Both the position numbers and the translations under genes were made by a program. The notes under the pieces were generated by a model. The model was not told where the DNA came from. It saw only the letters and a list, made by a program, of their open reading frames with translations, and did no database searches. From positions 15,562,001-15,626,000 of the forward strand of contig NC_058372.1 of NCBI RefSeq assembly GCF_018350175.1: a DNA stretch of 64,000 bases, in the 5' to 3' direction. This stretch comes from Felis catus. Lineage: Eukaryota. Below, piece by piece: positions 12,135-25,182 of this stretch (position 1 is its first letter; the number at the start of each line of letters is the position of its first letter).

Positions 12135-13374
12135 GGCGGCTCCAAATTGTCTCAAGAGGATGAAGAAAGGAGAAAGATCATGCAAAGGAAGGTTAAGAGA
12201 TTCAGCCTCACGGCTAGGCCGTGATAAACAAGAGGCCGTGGTTTCTCCTCCTTCACAACAGGTGCAGGGGAGACTGAGGCCTCGAGGAGGACAGGACCGT
12301 AAGGAGGGCCCGCCGGCCACGGTGGCAGGTGCGAGGCATCAGGCCACCCACCTCGTGAAACAGGGACCGGTCATGGTGATCGGCGAGCACCTGCTGGGGG
12401 CCCTCGAGATACTTCTGAAGACCCCGCCTGGCCAATCAGTTCATCTTGCTGAAGTATGCATCTAGCAGGTGATAGAATGTCTAGTTTACCACAAGGATAT
12501 ACAAAGGATAAAGAAGGTGCCTCCCGGGAAGCCAGGTGCATCCATCAGAAGGGTCTGATTCATAAATATCCACTGGCTGCCAGCGGTATGTGAGGAAAGG
12601 TGCTGGGTGGAAGGCAAATACCCAGATAATCCCACAGAGCGGGTCACTGGGGAGCCAAAGGGCAGCAAGAAAAAACAAAGGAGAGGAGAGTTAGCTGAGG
12701 GGAGGCTGGAAAGTTTGTTATGGGACCTCAGTCTGAGGAGTCAAGATATACACATCCGAGTTCAAGTTTTGCCACTGACTGTCGAATCTTTACAATGGGC
12801 TAATTATTTAACCTCTCTGAGCCCCAGTCTCCTTGGGCAAAATTAGGTAAACCTATCGTAAGAGGAGCGTTCGTGCCTGTGACGTGCCTGTAAACGAGGC
12901 CCTCTCCTGGTATTTAGAGAAATGGCCTTCCAAGTGGATTCAAAGTACTCTCAGCTTCAGACTGTTCACACCGCTGTCAGGGCAACTTGCCAAAACCCCA
13001 GATCGCCCTGCTTCGCCCATGAGGACTCTGAATACCTGCCCCGTCCACAAAACCAATGCTCCAAGAGTGATACAAAGGGAAAATCCAGTTACCTTATGAG
13101 CTATACTAGTCAAGGCCAAGAACTAAATCAACGTAAACGGACCACCTGATTACATCTGGCCTCCACCCCTGGCGTTTGTGGGCAGGAAGGGGAACACCTA
13201 GCCGAACATCAGTCTTAGTAAAGGCTGGTTTTCTATAATAGAGTTGTCACTTAGCAGATCTGCTCCCAGGAAAAGTTCTCACTGTCAAAGAGAAGTGAAA
13301 ACCATCAGCCTGGGAGCAATAGTTTAAACACAGCACGATGTGCAGGACCCTGCACAACTTGACCCATATTATTA

Positions 13375-13947
13375 TTATTTTTCAAAATGTAATGTATTGT
13401 TAAGTTGGCTAACATACAGTGTGTAAAGCGTGCTCTTGGTTTTGGGGGTAGATTCCCGTGATTCATCACTTACATACAACACCCAGTGCTCATCCCAACA
13501 AGTGCTCTCCTCAATGCCCATCACCAATTTCCTCCATCCACTGCCCCCGCATCAACCCTCAGTTTGTTCTCTGTATTCAAGACTCTCTTATGGTTTGCCT
13601 CCCTCTCTGTTTGAAACTATTTTTTTCCCCTTCCCCTCCCCCAGGGTTTTCTGTTAAGTTTCTCAAGCTCCACATATGAGTGAAAACATACGATATCTGT
13701 CCTTCTCTGCCTGACTTATTTCACTCAGCATAATACCCTCCAGTTCCATCCACGTTGCGGCACGTGGCACGATTTCGTTCTTTCTCATTGCCAAGTAGTA
13801 TTCCATTTTGTATAAACCACATCTTCTTTATCCATTCATCAGTTGATGGATATTTAGGCTCTCTCCATAATTTGGCTACTGTTGAAAGCGCTGCTATAAA
13901 CATTGGGGTGCATGTGCCCCTACGCATCAGCACTCCTGTATCCTTTG
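13375..13947 (-). mobile_element. 5'-truncated carnivore L1 (ORF2 C-terminus and 3'UTR)
   Basis: TSD GACCCATATTATTA at 13361-13374 and 13948-13961. ORF 13721..13954 contains TCTPMFIAALSTVAKLW..P..PSTDEWIKKMW, the L1 ORF2p end. Confidence 0.95.
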
Positions 13948-14428
13948 GACCCATATTATTAAACCCACCCTCGTTCCCTGTTCCCTGTCTCCATGTAACT
14001 TACCCCTCAGCCACATGCAAGGACGTGTTACATGCTCTTGGCCTGGAATGTGCTCCCCTCCCACCTCCACGGGGTTAATTTTATGTAGCTTTTAATATCT
14101 GTGTCAGGCGATGCCTGAGGCGATGCCTATGGTCTCCAGGGACTCCACCACTGCGAAAACTGTGATCATCTGTTTGCTTGCTGCCTCCCCTCCCCAGCCA
14201 AGCTGTAGTCTCCTTGAAGGGCAGGCACTTTCATCAATGGCTTAACGACAAAAAGGGGGCATCCTCATCAAATATGTGGAAGAAGTGAGGAAGAGAAGGG
14301 AAAGGAGGGAGTGGAAAAAGTGAACATTTACTGGTCGGGTTGTCCACTGTTCTAGAAACTTCCACATCTGGCATCACATTTCATCTTTATAACAACTCGG
14401 CAGGAGAAGTGTCATTATCCTTGTTTTA

Positions 14429-14657
14429 TTTATTTATTTTTTTAAATTTTTTTTCAACGTTTATTTATTTTTGGGACAGAGAGAGACAGAGCATGAACGG
14501 GGGAGGGGCAGAGAGAGAGGGAGACACAGAATCGGAAACAGGCTCCAGGCTCTGAGCCATCAGCCCAGAGCCTGACGCGGGGCTCGAACTCACGGACCGT
14601 GAGATCGTGACCTGGCTGAAGTCGGACGCTTAACCGACTGTGCCACCCAGGCGCCCC
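14429..14657 (-). mobile_element. Young SINEC_Fc-type SINE inserted in a MIR
   Basis: Perfect TSD TATCCTTGTTTTA at 14416-14428 and 14658-14670; CpGs intact. Confidence 0.95.
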
Positions 14658-15144
14658 TATCCTTGTTTTAGAAGGCAGGAAAGTGAGGCTCTGGGAGGGC
14701 AATTAATAGGCCCATGAGGACCCAGGTAGTATAGAAGGGGGTGGGAATTTGAACTCATCATGTTTTAGTACGCTGTACCTAAAAACTGAATTGGGATACT
14801 GGGAAGACTGTGAACTTACATTAAAGACAAACCCCACTAACTGTACATGTGCAAGGTGGAGGAAACGTGTACAAGATAGCATTACTTCTTTGTAAGTATT
14901 TTAAATCTTACTAACCAGAGTAAGTAATAGTGTTCTACCTTACCACAGTCAGGCCACCCTCGGGCACGGAGTTTAAAGGCTACATCTTGGACGCTGCATT
15001 GTAAGGGGTCTGGTTGGGAAAGGGACTCATCTGTTGACTCATCTGAGGACCTCATCACGCTGACTGCCTTGGCCTCTTTTGCCCCAAAAGGCAGAGGTGA
15101 GTAGTTGCAATAGAGCCTCAAATATTTACTATCTGAACGAACAG

Positions 15145-16880
15145 AAAATGTTTTCTGAAATTTGTGTGGAACCACAAAAGGCCCCAAAGAGCCAAAGCAA
15201 TCTTGAGAAAGCAGAACAAAGCTGGGGCTGGGGGGGGGGGCGGATCATAATCCCAGATTTCAAGATATACTACAAAGCTGTATGGTACTGGCACAAAAAC
15301 AGACATGCAGATGAACAGAAAAGAACAGAGAACCCAGAAATAAACCCACGCTTTAACGGTCATTCGTCTACAACAAAGGAGGCAAGACTATACAATGGAG
15401 AAAAGACCATCTCTTCAGTAAATGCTGCTGGGCAAACTCGAAAGCCAAATGCAAAAGAATGAAACTGAATCACTTTCTTACAATATACACAAAAATAAAC
15501 TGAAAATGGATTAAGGACCTAAATGTAAGACCTGAAACCATAAAAATCCTAGAAGTGAGCATAGGTAGGGCTCTCTTTGGCCTTAGCAACAACTTTCTAG
15601 ATTTGTCTCCTCAAGCAAAGGAAGCAAAAGCAAATTAAGCCATTGGGAATACACCAAAAGAAAAAGTGTTTGCACAGCACAGGAAACCATCAATAAAACA
15701 AGGCGACCCACTGGATGGGAAAAGATATGCGCAAATGACATATCCAACAAGGGGTTAATAACCAAAATACATAAAGAACTTCTACAACTCAATATCAAAC
15801 AAGCAAACCAATTAAAATATGGGCAAAGGGTCTGAACAGTTTTCCAAAGAAGACATCCGATGGCCAACAGACACCTGAAAAGATGATCAACATCATTTAT
15901 CATCAGAGAAATGTAAATCGGAACCACAATGAGGTATCACCTTACACATGTCAGAACGGTGTGGCAAAAAATACCAAGTGTTGGTGAGGATGTGGAGAAA
16001 AAGGAACCCTCATGCCTTGTTGGTGGGAATGCAAACTGGTGCAGCCACAGTCGAAAACAGCATGGTTCCTCAAAATTTTAAAAATAAAATTAAAAGATAA
16101 AACTACCCTGGGGTGTCTGGGTGGCTCAGTCGGCTGAGCGTCCAACTTCAGCTCAGATCATGATCTCACAGTTCATGAGTTCGAGCCTTGCGTCGGGCTC
16201 TGTGTTGACAGCTCAGAGCCTGGAGGCTGCTTCGGATTCTGTGTCTCCCTCTCTCTCTGCCCTTCCCCTGCTCATGCTCTGTCTCCCCCTCGCTCTCAAA
16301 AATAAATAAACATGAATTTTTTTTTTTTAAAAACAAATAAAACTACCCTACTCCACTACTGGGTGTTTACGCAAAGAAACCGAAGACATGAATTCGAACA
16401 CATGTATGCCTGGTATGTTTATTGCAGCATTGTTTAAAATAGCCAAGACATGAAAGTAACCTAGGTGTCCTTCAATAGATGGATAAAAAGGATGTGGTAT
16501 ATACGTCTATATAGACAGACAGACATATATCTGTATCTCCACAATGGAATAATGAATGCACCGCCATAAAAAAGAGTGAGATTTTTGCTGTTTGCAACAA
16601 CATAGATAAACCTAGAGGGTATTATGCTAAGTGAAAGAAGTCAGGGAAAGACAAATACCATATGATTTCACTTATACGTGGAATCTAAAAGCCAGAACGA
16701 ATAAGCAGAAACAGACCCATGAATACAGAGGACACACTGGTGACTGCCAGAGGGGAGATGGGTGGGGGGGATGGGCAAATGGGTGAAGGGGAGTGGGAGG
16801 TACAGGCTTCCAGTTATGGAAATGAAGAGGTCCCAGGGATGAAAGGTCCGCATGAGGAATACAGTCAATGGAAAAACAAC
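15145..16880 (+). mobile_element. Older degenerate L1 (ORF2 3' part and 3'UTR), interrupted by a CAN-SINE at 16110-16336
   Basis: ORF2p fragments [25 protein letters not shown]; SINE TSD ATAAAACTACCCT at 16097-16109 and 16337-16349. Confidence 0.93.
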
Positions 16881-16943
16881 AAGCTTTTCTGACCGCTGGC
16901 TTAAACCAACGTTTCCTAACCTTGATCACACCTACACTCACTT

Positions 16944-16945
<2 letters not shown>

Positions 16946-16991
<46 letters not shown>

Positions 16992-17066
16992 TGCGCCATA
17001 TTTGAAGTCCATTTATACTATTTTACTTTTTTTTATTTTAGAGAGAGTGCGCGTGAGCAGAAGAGG

Positions 17067-17114
<48 letters not shown>

Positions 17115-17238
17115 ATCGTAAGGAGGCTTCATGCTCAGTGTGGAGTCCGACTCAGGGTTTGATTCCACGATCCTGGATCGTGACCTGAGCTGAAATCAAG
17201 AGTCTGATGCTCATCCGACTGAGCCACCCAGGTGCCCC
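16946..17238 (-). mobile_element. (TG)n microsatellite (16946-16987) next to a minus-strand CAN-SINE (~17022-17238)
   Basis: TG run; SINE with expanded (GA)n and head ending GAGCCACCCAGGTGCCCC. Confidence 0.9.
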
Positions 17239-17474
17239 TCTGTCTCTCCCCCAAATTAAAACATAAATAAAGAACACAAACGCCATTTCAGCCTCATCTT
17301 AAGCAACAGCTTTGTAACCACGGGTTTTATGTGCTAATTATTATGTGTGTTTATAACTTAGGTTAAACTAAATACGCGACTGTTAAAAACTTTTAGAGAA
17401 AAGTTGTCCTACGCTCAACTGATGTGCTACCAAGAATGCATATCTCACATTTTAGCTAAATAATGGCCTAGACC

Positions 17475-17672
17475 AGATTTTCTCGGCATCGGCACGACTC
17501 CCATTCCGGCCGGACAGACAACTCCTTGTGGTGAGGGTCACTGCAGGGGGCTTAGCAGCGTCCCTGGTCTCTACCCAGTAGATACCAGTGGCACCTTCTC
17601 CAGTTGTGAAAACCGAAAATATCACCTGACATTGCCAAAAGTCCCGTGGGGGCAAAATTGCCCATTTGGGAG
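17475..17672 (-). mobile_element. MER20-like DNA transposon
   Basis: Reverse-complement match to the 7748-7990 element (CCCTGGTCTCTACCCAGTAGATACCAG...GGGGCAAAATTGCCC). Confidence 0.8.
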
Positions 17673-19454
17673 CCACTGGCCCAGGATATCCACAACAGCT
17701 TTGCTACTTGCCGTGTCCTCACAGTGGTACCATGTAAGTCTCTCCAAGGCACCCGTGGCAACGACCGTTGGGAATCCACAGCATCCACTGAATGATCAGG
17801 AACCGTCCGGATCCTTTCTCCTAAGTTCTTGACCTGCTGTGTCCCAGGCTGGTCCTTGAGGGTGCAGCCATCCCACTGATGCTATCAGACGTCCGCTGCA
17901 GAAATTCCCTGCATCCCTGCTCCAGGCCCTGAGCGGTCACCCCACCAACGCAAGAGCTCTGAGCGGGCTCTTGAGTGAGCCAGGTCAGTGATTTACAAAA
18001 TGACACCCCAGTGGTCTGAAAGAGTCACCACACCAACTGGGGACCCGGTCAAACTCCTGGAGGAAAAAGCTGACTCATGTAATAAGATCCCTTCTAGACC
18101 ATTCACAGCAAAACTCCTTGGGATGGAGCACTGAGTTTGCTTGGCATTCAGATGGATCTCGTTGCCTGTGGTTTGTGTTCGAGGTTCCTCTCCCCAGTTA
18201 GCTGCCTGGGAACTAGAACCACAGGTAAACATAAAGCCTCTCATCCCCGTCTCCCGAATGGAACCTTCCTTTACCGTTACCATACTACTGCACACAAAGA
18301 GGGTAACAGTTGACATTTTAACAGCTCACCCTGTGCCACATACTGGTTCAGGCAAGCCTCGCAACAACCCTGTCGGGTAGGTACTACTGTTATCCCCCCC
18401 GTTTTAGAGAGGAAAAGTGAGGCACACGGCCAAGGTCACAGCTGCAGTGGTGCAAGTGTTACTGATCTCAGGCAGAAAGACAGCAGAACCTTACCCCTTA
18501 CTGACGTCACCGTACCGTTGCCCAGGCAGAAGCAGAAGTCCTGCTATGGCTTTGAACCTTTCCCTGCTTCCAGAACCTTCCCCTCCCCACCATCTCTAGG
18601 GCTGCCAGACAGGTCTGATCGGGTACTTCTCCCACTGAAGACTTCTGAAGGGTCTCACTGTCACCGTGATAAAGTCCACCCCCTGTGGCCTGGACGAGGG
18701 GGACGCCTCATGAGATGGTCCTATGCTTCCTTTCAACCTTCTCTGTTACTATTCTTCACCCCAGAGCCAGCCACACTGGGCCGCTGGCTGCTTCCCAAGC
18801 ACACTGGGAGCCTTCCTGCCTCCTCTCTGTTCCTGCCATCGCTCAGGCTCCGAACTATCCCCTCGGAGTGTGGCCTGGGGCATCCCTCTCCCTTCGGGGA
18901 TAGCTCATGTGCCATTGCTTTTGAGCGACCTTTTCTGACTTTTCTAATAGAAACCAGGCCCTTCTCTGTGCTGCCAGGCCCTGAGCCCACCTCTGAGAGA
19001 GCACTGGTCACCTTACGTTGTGATTACGTGTCTGCGCATCTACCCCCTGCCCCACCTACCGTGAGCATCGCTGATGGAGGCAGATTATTAATTATCTTTA
19101 TCCCCCAGCCCCGTTTTTGTGCATGCTTTTGGAACTGATGGAAAAGTCAGGCAAATATTTGTACTGAAGTCTCCTGGAATCAGAGTAGGACGCATTGTAT
19201 CTATGATTTAATTCATAAAATAACGATCCCCGTGACCTTTAGAGTCTTGCCCTCGTAGAGGAAAATATCCTTATGGAAGGAGAATTAAGGTTTTGGAAAC
19301 CGTGATCTAGAGAGCGTTTCCCTAAGAAAATAATCTGAGATAAGGCAAAGAGATCTCGGCAAGGAAGAATGTCATGGTACCCACGTGCCTTCCATCTTGG
19401 GACTACGTGAGCACAGAACACGTGTAAGAAAGAGTTAAGGTCGTTATGTTTTCT

Positions 19455-19661
19455 AATTAAAAAAATTTTTTTAAACATTTATTCATTTATGAGAGACAGG
19501 GTGTGAGCAGGGGAGGGGCAGAGAGAGAAGGAAACACAGAATCTGAAGCAGGCTCTAGGCTCTGTGCTGTCAGCGCAGAGCCTGAAGCAGGGCTCAAACC
19601 CACGAACCGCGAGATCATGACCTGAGCTGAAGTCAGACACTCAACCGACTGAGCCACCCAG
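19455..19661 (-). mobile_element. CAN-SINE with clipped head
   Basis: SINE body ends GAGCCACCCAG and is followed by a 21-bp tandem duplication. Confidence 0.9.
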
Positions 19662-21603
19662 ATCATTTCCAATTTTATACTCACATTTTCCAATTTTATA
19701 CTCACAGCCCGTCAGGTCACTTCCATTAAGACTGTCCAGAGTTAGACTGTCTTGTAAGGTAAGGTAGTTGGGCTAGATGAAATCTAGGTGGTTTCTTCTT
19801 CTATGACATTCTACAATGAATTTAAATAAACACCAAAGGCCCTAAATTATGCTCCAGGGATGGGGAAAAAGAGGAGATTCTCTTTCCCCTTCACGTAGCT
19901 CCAAATGTAATTTTCTCAGCAAATGTCTTAGGGATGAACATGCAATGATATTTACGACACATCGGACAGCTGTGCCATTTTGACTATTTCCACTCTACGC
20001 ATTAAATATAGCAGGGGCTCCACGGCTCAGGATGAAGGAGCAGGGAGCATCCTGCCAAACAATGACAATAGCTAACACAAATGGTCCTTTAAGGGCCCTA
20101 GAAAAGTGCTTTGCAAATGTTCATCATCTCATTTAATTTGCACAAAACGCTGCAAAGTTAGGAAGGGTACTGTTATGATCTTACGGACGAGGGCATTACG
20201 TTTCTCAGAAAACAAGTGATCACGTGGTTGTGATCACGGCAGGGACATAAACGTGGGTTTATGTCCTGAGCCTGTGCCCTCGGCATCACCCATGCCGTCT
20301 TGTCCCAGAGAACCCTTGAGGCCGACGATTTTCTTGTGCACGTACGTGCTGTGAAATGCCGTCTGCACCCCAAATTCCAGAAAACACACTGGGAAACATA
20401 ATTTTCCATCTATCAAAAAGCAAGGGTAAGAGATCCTCACAGAACCCAAGTACTCTCTTGCTACAAATTTTGCTTTGAAGAGCCCCAAGGCTATTATGGA
20501 ACACAGAAGCAGGTCTGAATTCTGGACTCAGGCAGCATAATAGTTTCAGGGTGAGTAGGTGTTTAGGCAGAAGAGGACGCAAGAGAGAGGAGAATAACTG
20601 AGAGGCTGAATAATCCAGCCTTGGATAACGGAGTGCTGTCACTAAAAAGGGGGAATGCAGTGGGTGTCTTGTGGCCACATTGATGCCTATATCACTGAGG
20701 GTAGAAAGGCCTCACCATCATCTCGTCCCACTTCCCTGCCTTATTTTTCTTCAGTGCCCCCTCCCTGCTTTAAGCACATTATGTTTCCATCGGTCTCCTC
20801 CACTGAAACGTAAGCCCACAAGGATGCGGACGCTGTTTTGCCTTCGTTGACCAAAAATGGCATCTTCCCTCAAGGAAAAAAAAAAAATGAACCAACAGGA
20901 GAGTATAAAGAAAAATTTACCTCAAACGGGACGCCCACTGCTTTCAACACTGAAAACAGAAAACGTCTAAAAGCTTGAGAGCGAAAGGGCAGTCCTACGT
21001 CAGAAAAAGCACACGTTTCCAACTCTCTGCTCCTTCGTCGTGTCCCCATGATACGTTGCAGAAGTGAAAAAGTTTTATTTGCTCACTCAGTCCTATCTCC
21101 AAGAAGAATAACATTGATCGAGTCTTTGGAAAATCCGACTCCCCCTTTTGACTCTTTACTAAGCCAAGTAGGAAACACACAGATTGAGATTACAAACGCA
21201 TCCCTCAGATTTCCATCCACCTCCCCTCCGCCATTTTCCTATCATTTAAATAGTCACGTGTTTCTAAGAAATCCTTGGACTTTGAAAATTAAGAGCCTGT
21301 CTTATCTGTCATGTTTACTACTGGTAAGGGAGAAAGAGCTTTTTTTTTTTTTTAATAATTCATAAAGAAATGCATGCCAAAACCTCTACAAGAATTCAGG
21401 GCCATGACCACAGTTGGCCCTTGACAAGGAAGCTTCATAATCATCGCTTTACCTCCATCACATGGTTAACGGGCAGAGGCACAGAAGGACACTGGGCCTC
21501 ATCCATGCGTCGGGGGATTATCAAACACCTTTGATACTCTTTTAGGAAAATGGGGACAGGTTTTGAAATTAAAAACCGTCTATTTTAAATCCTAATCTTT
21601 CTT

Positions 21604-21819
21604 GGGGCGCCTGGGTGGCGCAGTCGGTTAAGCGTCCGACTTCAGCCAGGTCACGATCTCGCGGTCCGTGAGTTCGAGCCCCGCGTCAGGCTCTGGGCTG
21701 ATGGCTCGGAGCCTGGAGCCTGTTTCCGATTCTGTGTCTCCCTCTCTCTCTGCCCCTCCCCCGTTCATGCTCTGTTTCTCTCTGTCCCCAAAATAAATAA
21801 ATGTTGAAAAAAAAATTTT
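21604..21819 (+). mobile_element. Young SINEC_Fc-type SINE
   Basis: Perfect TSD AATCCTAATCTTTCTT at 21588-21603 and 21820-21835. Confidence 0.95.
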
Positions 21820-23853
21820 AATCCTAATCTTTCTTGAAAATACTTGGGGACCATTTTATCATCCCTTACTGAAGGAAAACGTGTAATAAGGAGAGACCGC
21901 TTTCTGGCATCAGATTTCAGACGCAACACTTCGTTAAAGTTTTTAAGACGGAGTTAATCTCCTCGAAGGACAGAGAAAATTGATTGTCTACAAATGTAAC
22001 ACTGGAAGTGAAATGAGACTTCCAGAGGGAGAGCTTTTGAGTTCTGGTGCCCACGAGTTACAAAGAGAGTTTTCGGAGGGGAGGGAGAACGGTTTTCTTC
22101 CTGGAGACCAAAAACGTGTGAGAAATTAGGGTACAAGTTGCAGCGCCCGAGGCTGAAGAGTGACAGAAATAACCACTGAAATCCAAGAAAATCGTTAATC
22201 GGCTTCATTTTAGGCAAGCAGGCACGTTGTGTGTTTTATCGTGGCCTTCTAAGATAAGAAACTCAACATCAGAGCTTTGTTTTTTGTGGGGGTTTTTTTT
22301 TGGTGGGACTTTAGTCAGCAGGAAACTATGCCGTTCTATATATAGACTAGGGTCTGAGCCTTCCCGAGTGGAGAATGTGTTGGGAGCTTCTTTCTCCCCA
22401 GCAGTGGTGATGAATTTAAATTAATTCATTCACAACCCTTTCTCTGCCCTTTACGAGGACCAGGGACCCACATTTCTGAAATCCTGTCTGGGCTGGGTGT
22501 CAGAAAAGAAAACCCTAAGGCACACACAGTCTGACCCGCAGCCCACCCTTCCCAGCATCCTCCGGTCCTGACGGAGGAGCCAAACAGTGGTGGCTTTCTC
22601 ACAGGACTTCGTCCGCAGACACCAGCAGGAGTCTTGGGTCACGCTTGGCTGGATGCCAGGAGGGTAGGACGTGCAGTGAGGAGGCCTATGCTTGAGACCC
22701 CGCTGGGCCACTCACCAGGGTCTCACACACCGGGTTGGGTTCCTCATCAGCTGAACGGAGAAACCGGTTTGCTTTCTCAGAGGATGATGCTGGTGTGGCG
22801 AGCTTCCTATCGGTCAATGCTGGGGGTGGCGGTTTTAACTAGGGCTATACTTAAACCCTGGCCATTTTTCATCAACCAGTCATTATGGATATTGCCCATG
22901 AATTTATCAAAACACTTCCTTTAGCGTTTTTGTATTTTTTGCCTGAAAAATCTTCCCGGACAACGGTTTCTGAGAAGACCAAAGAATCAACAGTCATGCA
23001 TCGGGCAAGAGCAGGGTTTCTGCTGATGCACACGTAGGAATTCAGGAGCAGATTCTGTTTTGAAAATATACTTCCCTTTTTTTATCCCCTTAAGACTTCA
23101 AAAGATGCCAATGGTTTGCGCGGTCTCATTAACCTTCCTTTTAAGCAGTCTGTTCCTCACCTCGCAGGGGAAGATCGGTCTTGCTCCCAGTGACCTCACC
23201 TTGCACTGAAATCACGTCACGCCCCCCTGAGAATGAGAGTTAAATTATAAAACACTGCCGACGTGCCACCACTTGAAGATAAACGTACGCTTCACAGAGA
23301 TATGACCTAAAGTAGGAGGCTGACGATACCGGTGTTGAGGTCAGGGACAAATACGGTCATCAACACGAGGAGGAAAGTCCTTTCCCGGAAACGCATTTCT
23401 TTAAAAACGCGCGTTGTTTCATATGTGACGAACAAAACACCGAACTTCTTCAAACCAGTGCTCCTTTATAAGCAAATGACACTTAGGTGCTCAGTTTCGT
23501 CCTTGCCAGGGCACCAATGTACATCTGCTTACCATCACAGAACGCTCTGATTTGTAGACGGAAGCGTTATTAACACAAGCAGTAATTAGACTGTTACGGC
23601 TACCAAAAAAACCCCTTGGAAATCATCTAGTTCAGGACCATGAATTATTCTTTAGAAGTCCCTGTGACCCTGGAGGTCACATGAAAAAAAAGTACTTGTC
23701 ACCATGGAATGGATTTATCCTAGGACTATGAATCAGCTGTGCCCTTTGAAAGTTCTCTAATTCTGGTATAACGGGATTCGAAAGATTGAAGGCATCTTGG
23801 GGGCGGGGGCTGCTGATTTCATTTGCTTCTGTCCAAAGTTGAAGTTCTTTCAT

Positions 23854-24086
23854 GGGGCGCCTGGGTGGCGCAGTCGGTTAAGCGTCCGACTTCAGCCAGG
23901 TCACGATCTCGCGATCTCGCGGTCCGTGAGTTCGAGCCCCGCGTCGGGCTCTGGGCTGATGGCTCGGAGCCTGGAGCCTGTTTCCGATTCTGTGTCTCCC
24001 TCTCTGCCCCTCCCCCATTCATGCTCTGTCTCTCTCTGTCCCAAAAATAAAAAAAAAAAACAAAAAAAAAAAACAAAAAAAACATT
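23854..24086 (+). mobile_element. Young SINEC_Fc-type SINE
   Basis: TSD CAAAGTTGAAGTT; internal CGATCTCG duplication. Confidence 0.95.
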
Positions 24087-24474
24087 CAAAGTTGAAGTTA
24101 TTTCTTTTTTTTTTTTTTTTAATATTCTTGACAGGTAGTACCTTAATCCCCAGCTAATATATAAATATAAAAATGGGGACATTACAAGCAAGCACACTCA
24201 ACTAGTCATATACCTACACTTATCAATATTATTATTTTAAAGGAAAGGCCACAGATGTTATTGTGTGACTACCACGATGCTTGGCATGTGGTACTCAGTA
24301 AGCATTGCTGAGAGTTCAGCATGGTTCTGGAAGCCTTTCGGCATCTGGTTGACCATCACTGGTCTGGACTTGCTCATACAGCCCTATTTCCAGAAACATT
24401 CACATTAGAGTTAACAACCTACTTCAATCTATCTAACATGAGGTTATGGAGTGGGACAGGTCCTGAGCAGAGAT

Positions 24475-24650
24475 CAGGAGAGAAGATGATCATCTACAAA
24501 CCAAGGAGAGAGAGGCCTCAGGAGAAACCAGCCCTGTGACACTTTGATCTTGGACTTCCAGCCTCCAGAGCTGTGAGCACAGAAACTCCTGTTGTTTAAG
24601 TGCCCTAGTCTGCGGTCCCTTGTGATGGCCGTCCTCGAAAATGAATTCAG
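24475..24650 (+). mobile_element. MaLR (MLT1/MST-like) LTR, 3' part
   Basis: CCAAGGAGAGAGGCCTCAGGAGAAACCAGCCCTG...TTGATCTTGGACTTCCAGCCTCCAGA.CTGTGAG...TGTTGTTTAAG. Confidence 0.85.
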
Positions 24651-24666
24651 TCATGATCTGATTTTT

Positions 24667-24893
24667 GAAAAAAAAAAAAGATTTTAATGTTTATTTTTGA
24701 GAGAGAGAGAGAGAAAGACAGAGTGCGAGCGGGGGGGTGGGCAGAGAGAGAGGGAGACACAGAATCCCAAGCAGGGCTCCAGGCTCCGAGCTGTCAGCAC
24801 ACAGCCCGATGTGGAGCTCGAACCCACGAACTGTGAGATTGTGACCTGAGCCGAAGTCGGACACTGAACTGACTGGGCCACCCAGGCCGCCCC
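24667..24893 (-). mobile_element. CAN-SINE with TSD
   Basis: GTCATGATCTGATTTTT flanks both ends. Confidence 0.92.
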
Positions 24894-25182
24894 ATGTCAT
24901 GATCTGATTTTTGTTACACATTGTCTGTCCGACTGAAGGGGAAGGAATGGAAACAGGAGACCAGGAGGGAGGGACAGTGGAGGTTAGGCCACTGGGTAGC
25001 AGGAGCAGGTACAAAGTGGCTCTCAGTATAGACCTGATAGGATTTGCAGACCCATCAGACATGAAATACAAGATAAAGAAGGGCCTTAAGGTTGACGTCC
25101 AGATTTCTGGCCGGAGCAATTGGAAGTATGAATTTTCCTTTTCCTTAATTAAGCAGGAATCCTTTAAAGTGTATTCCCTTAA

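Noticed and set aside
21604-21680. tRNA-like A/B-box sequences
   Set aside because: tRNA-derived SINE heads followed by a CT tract, A tail and TSD; not tRNA genes.
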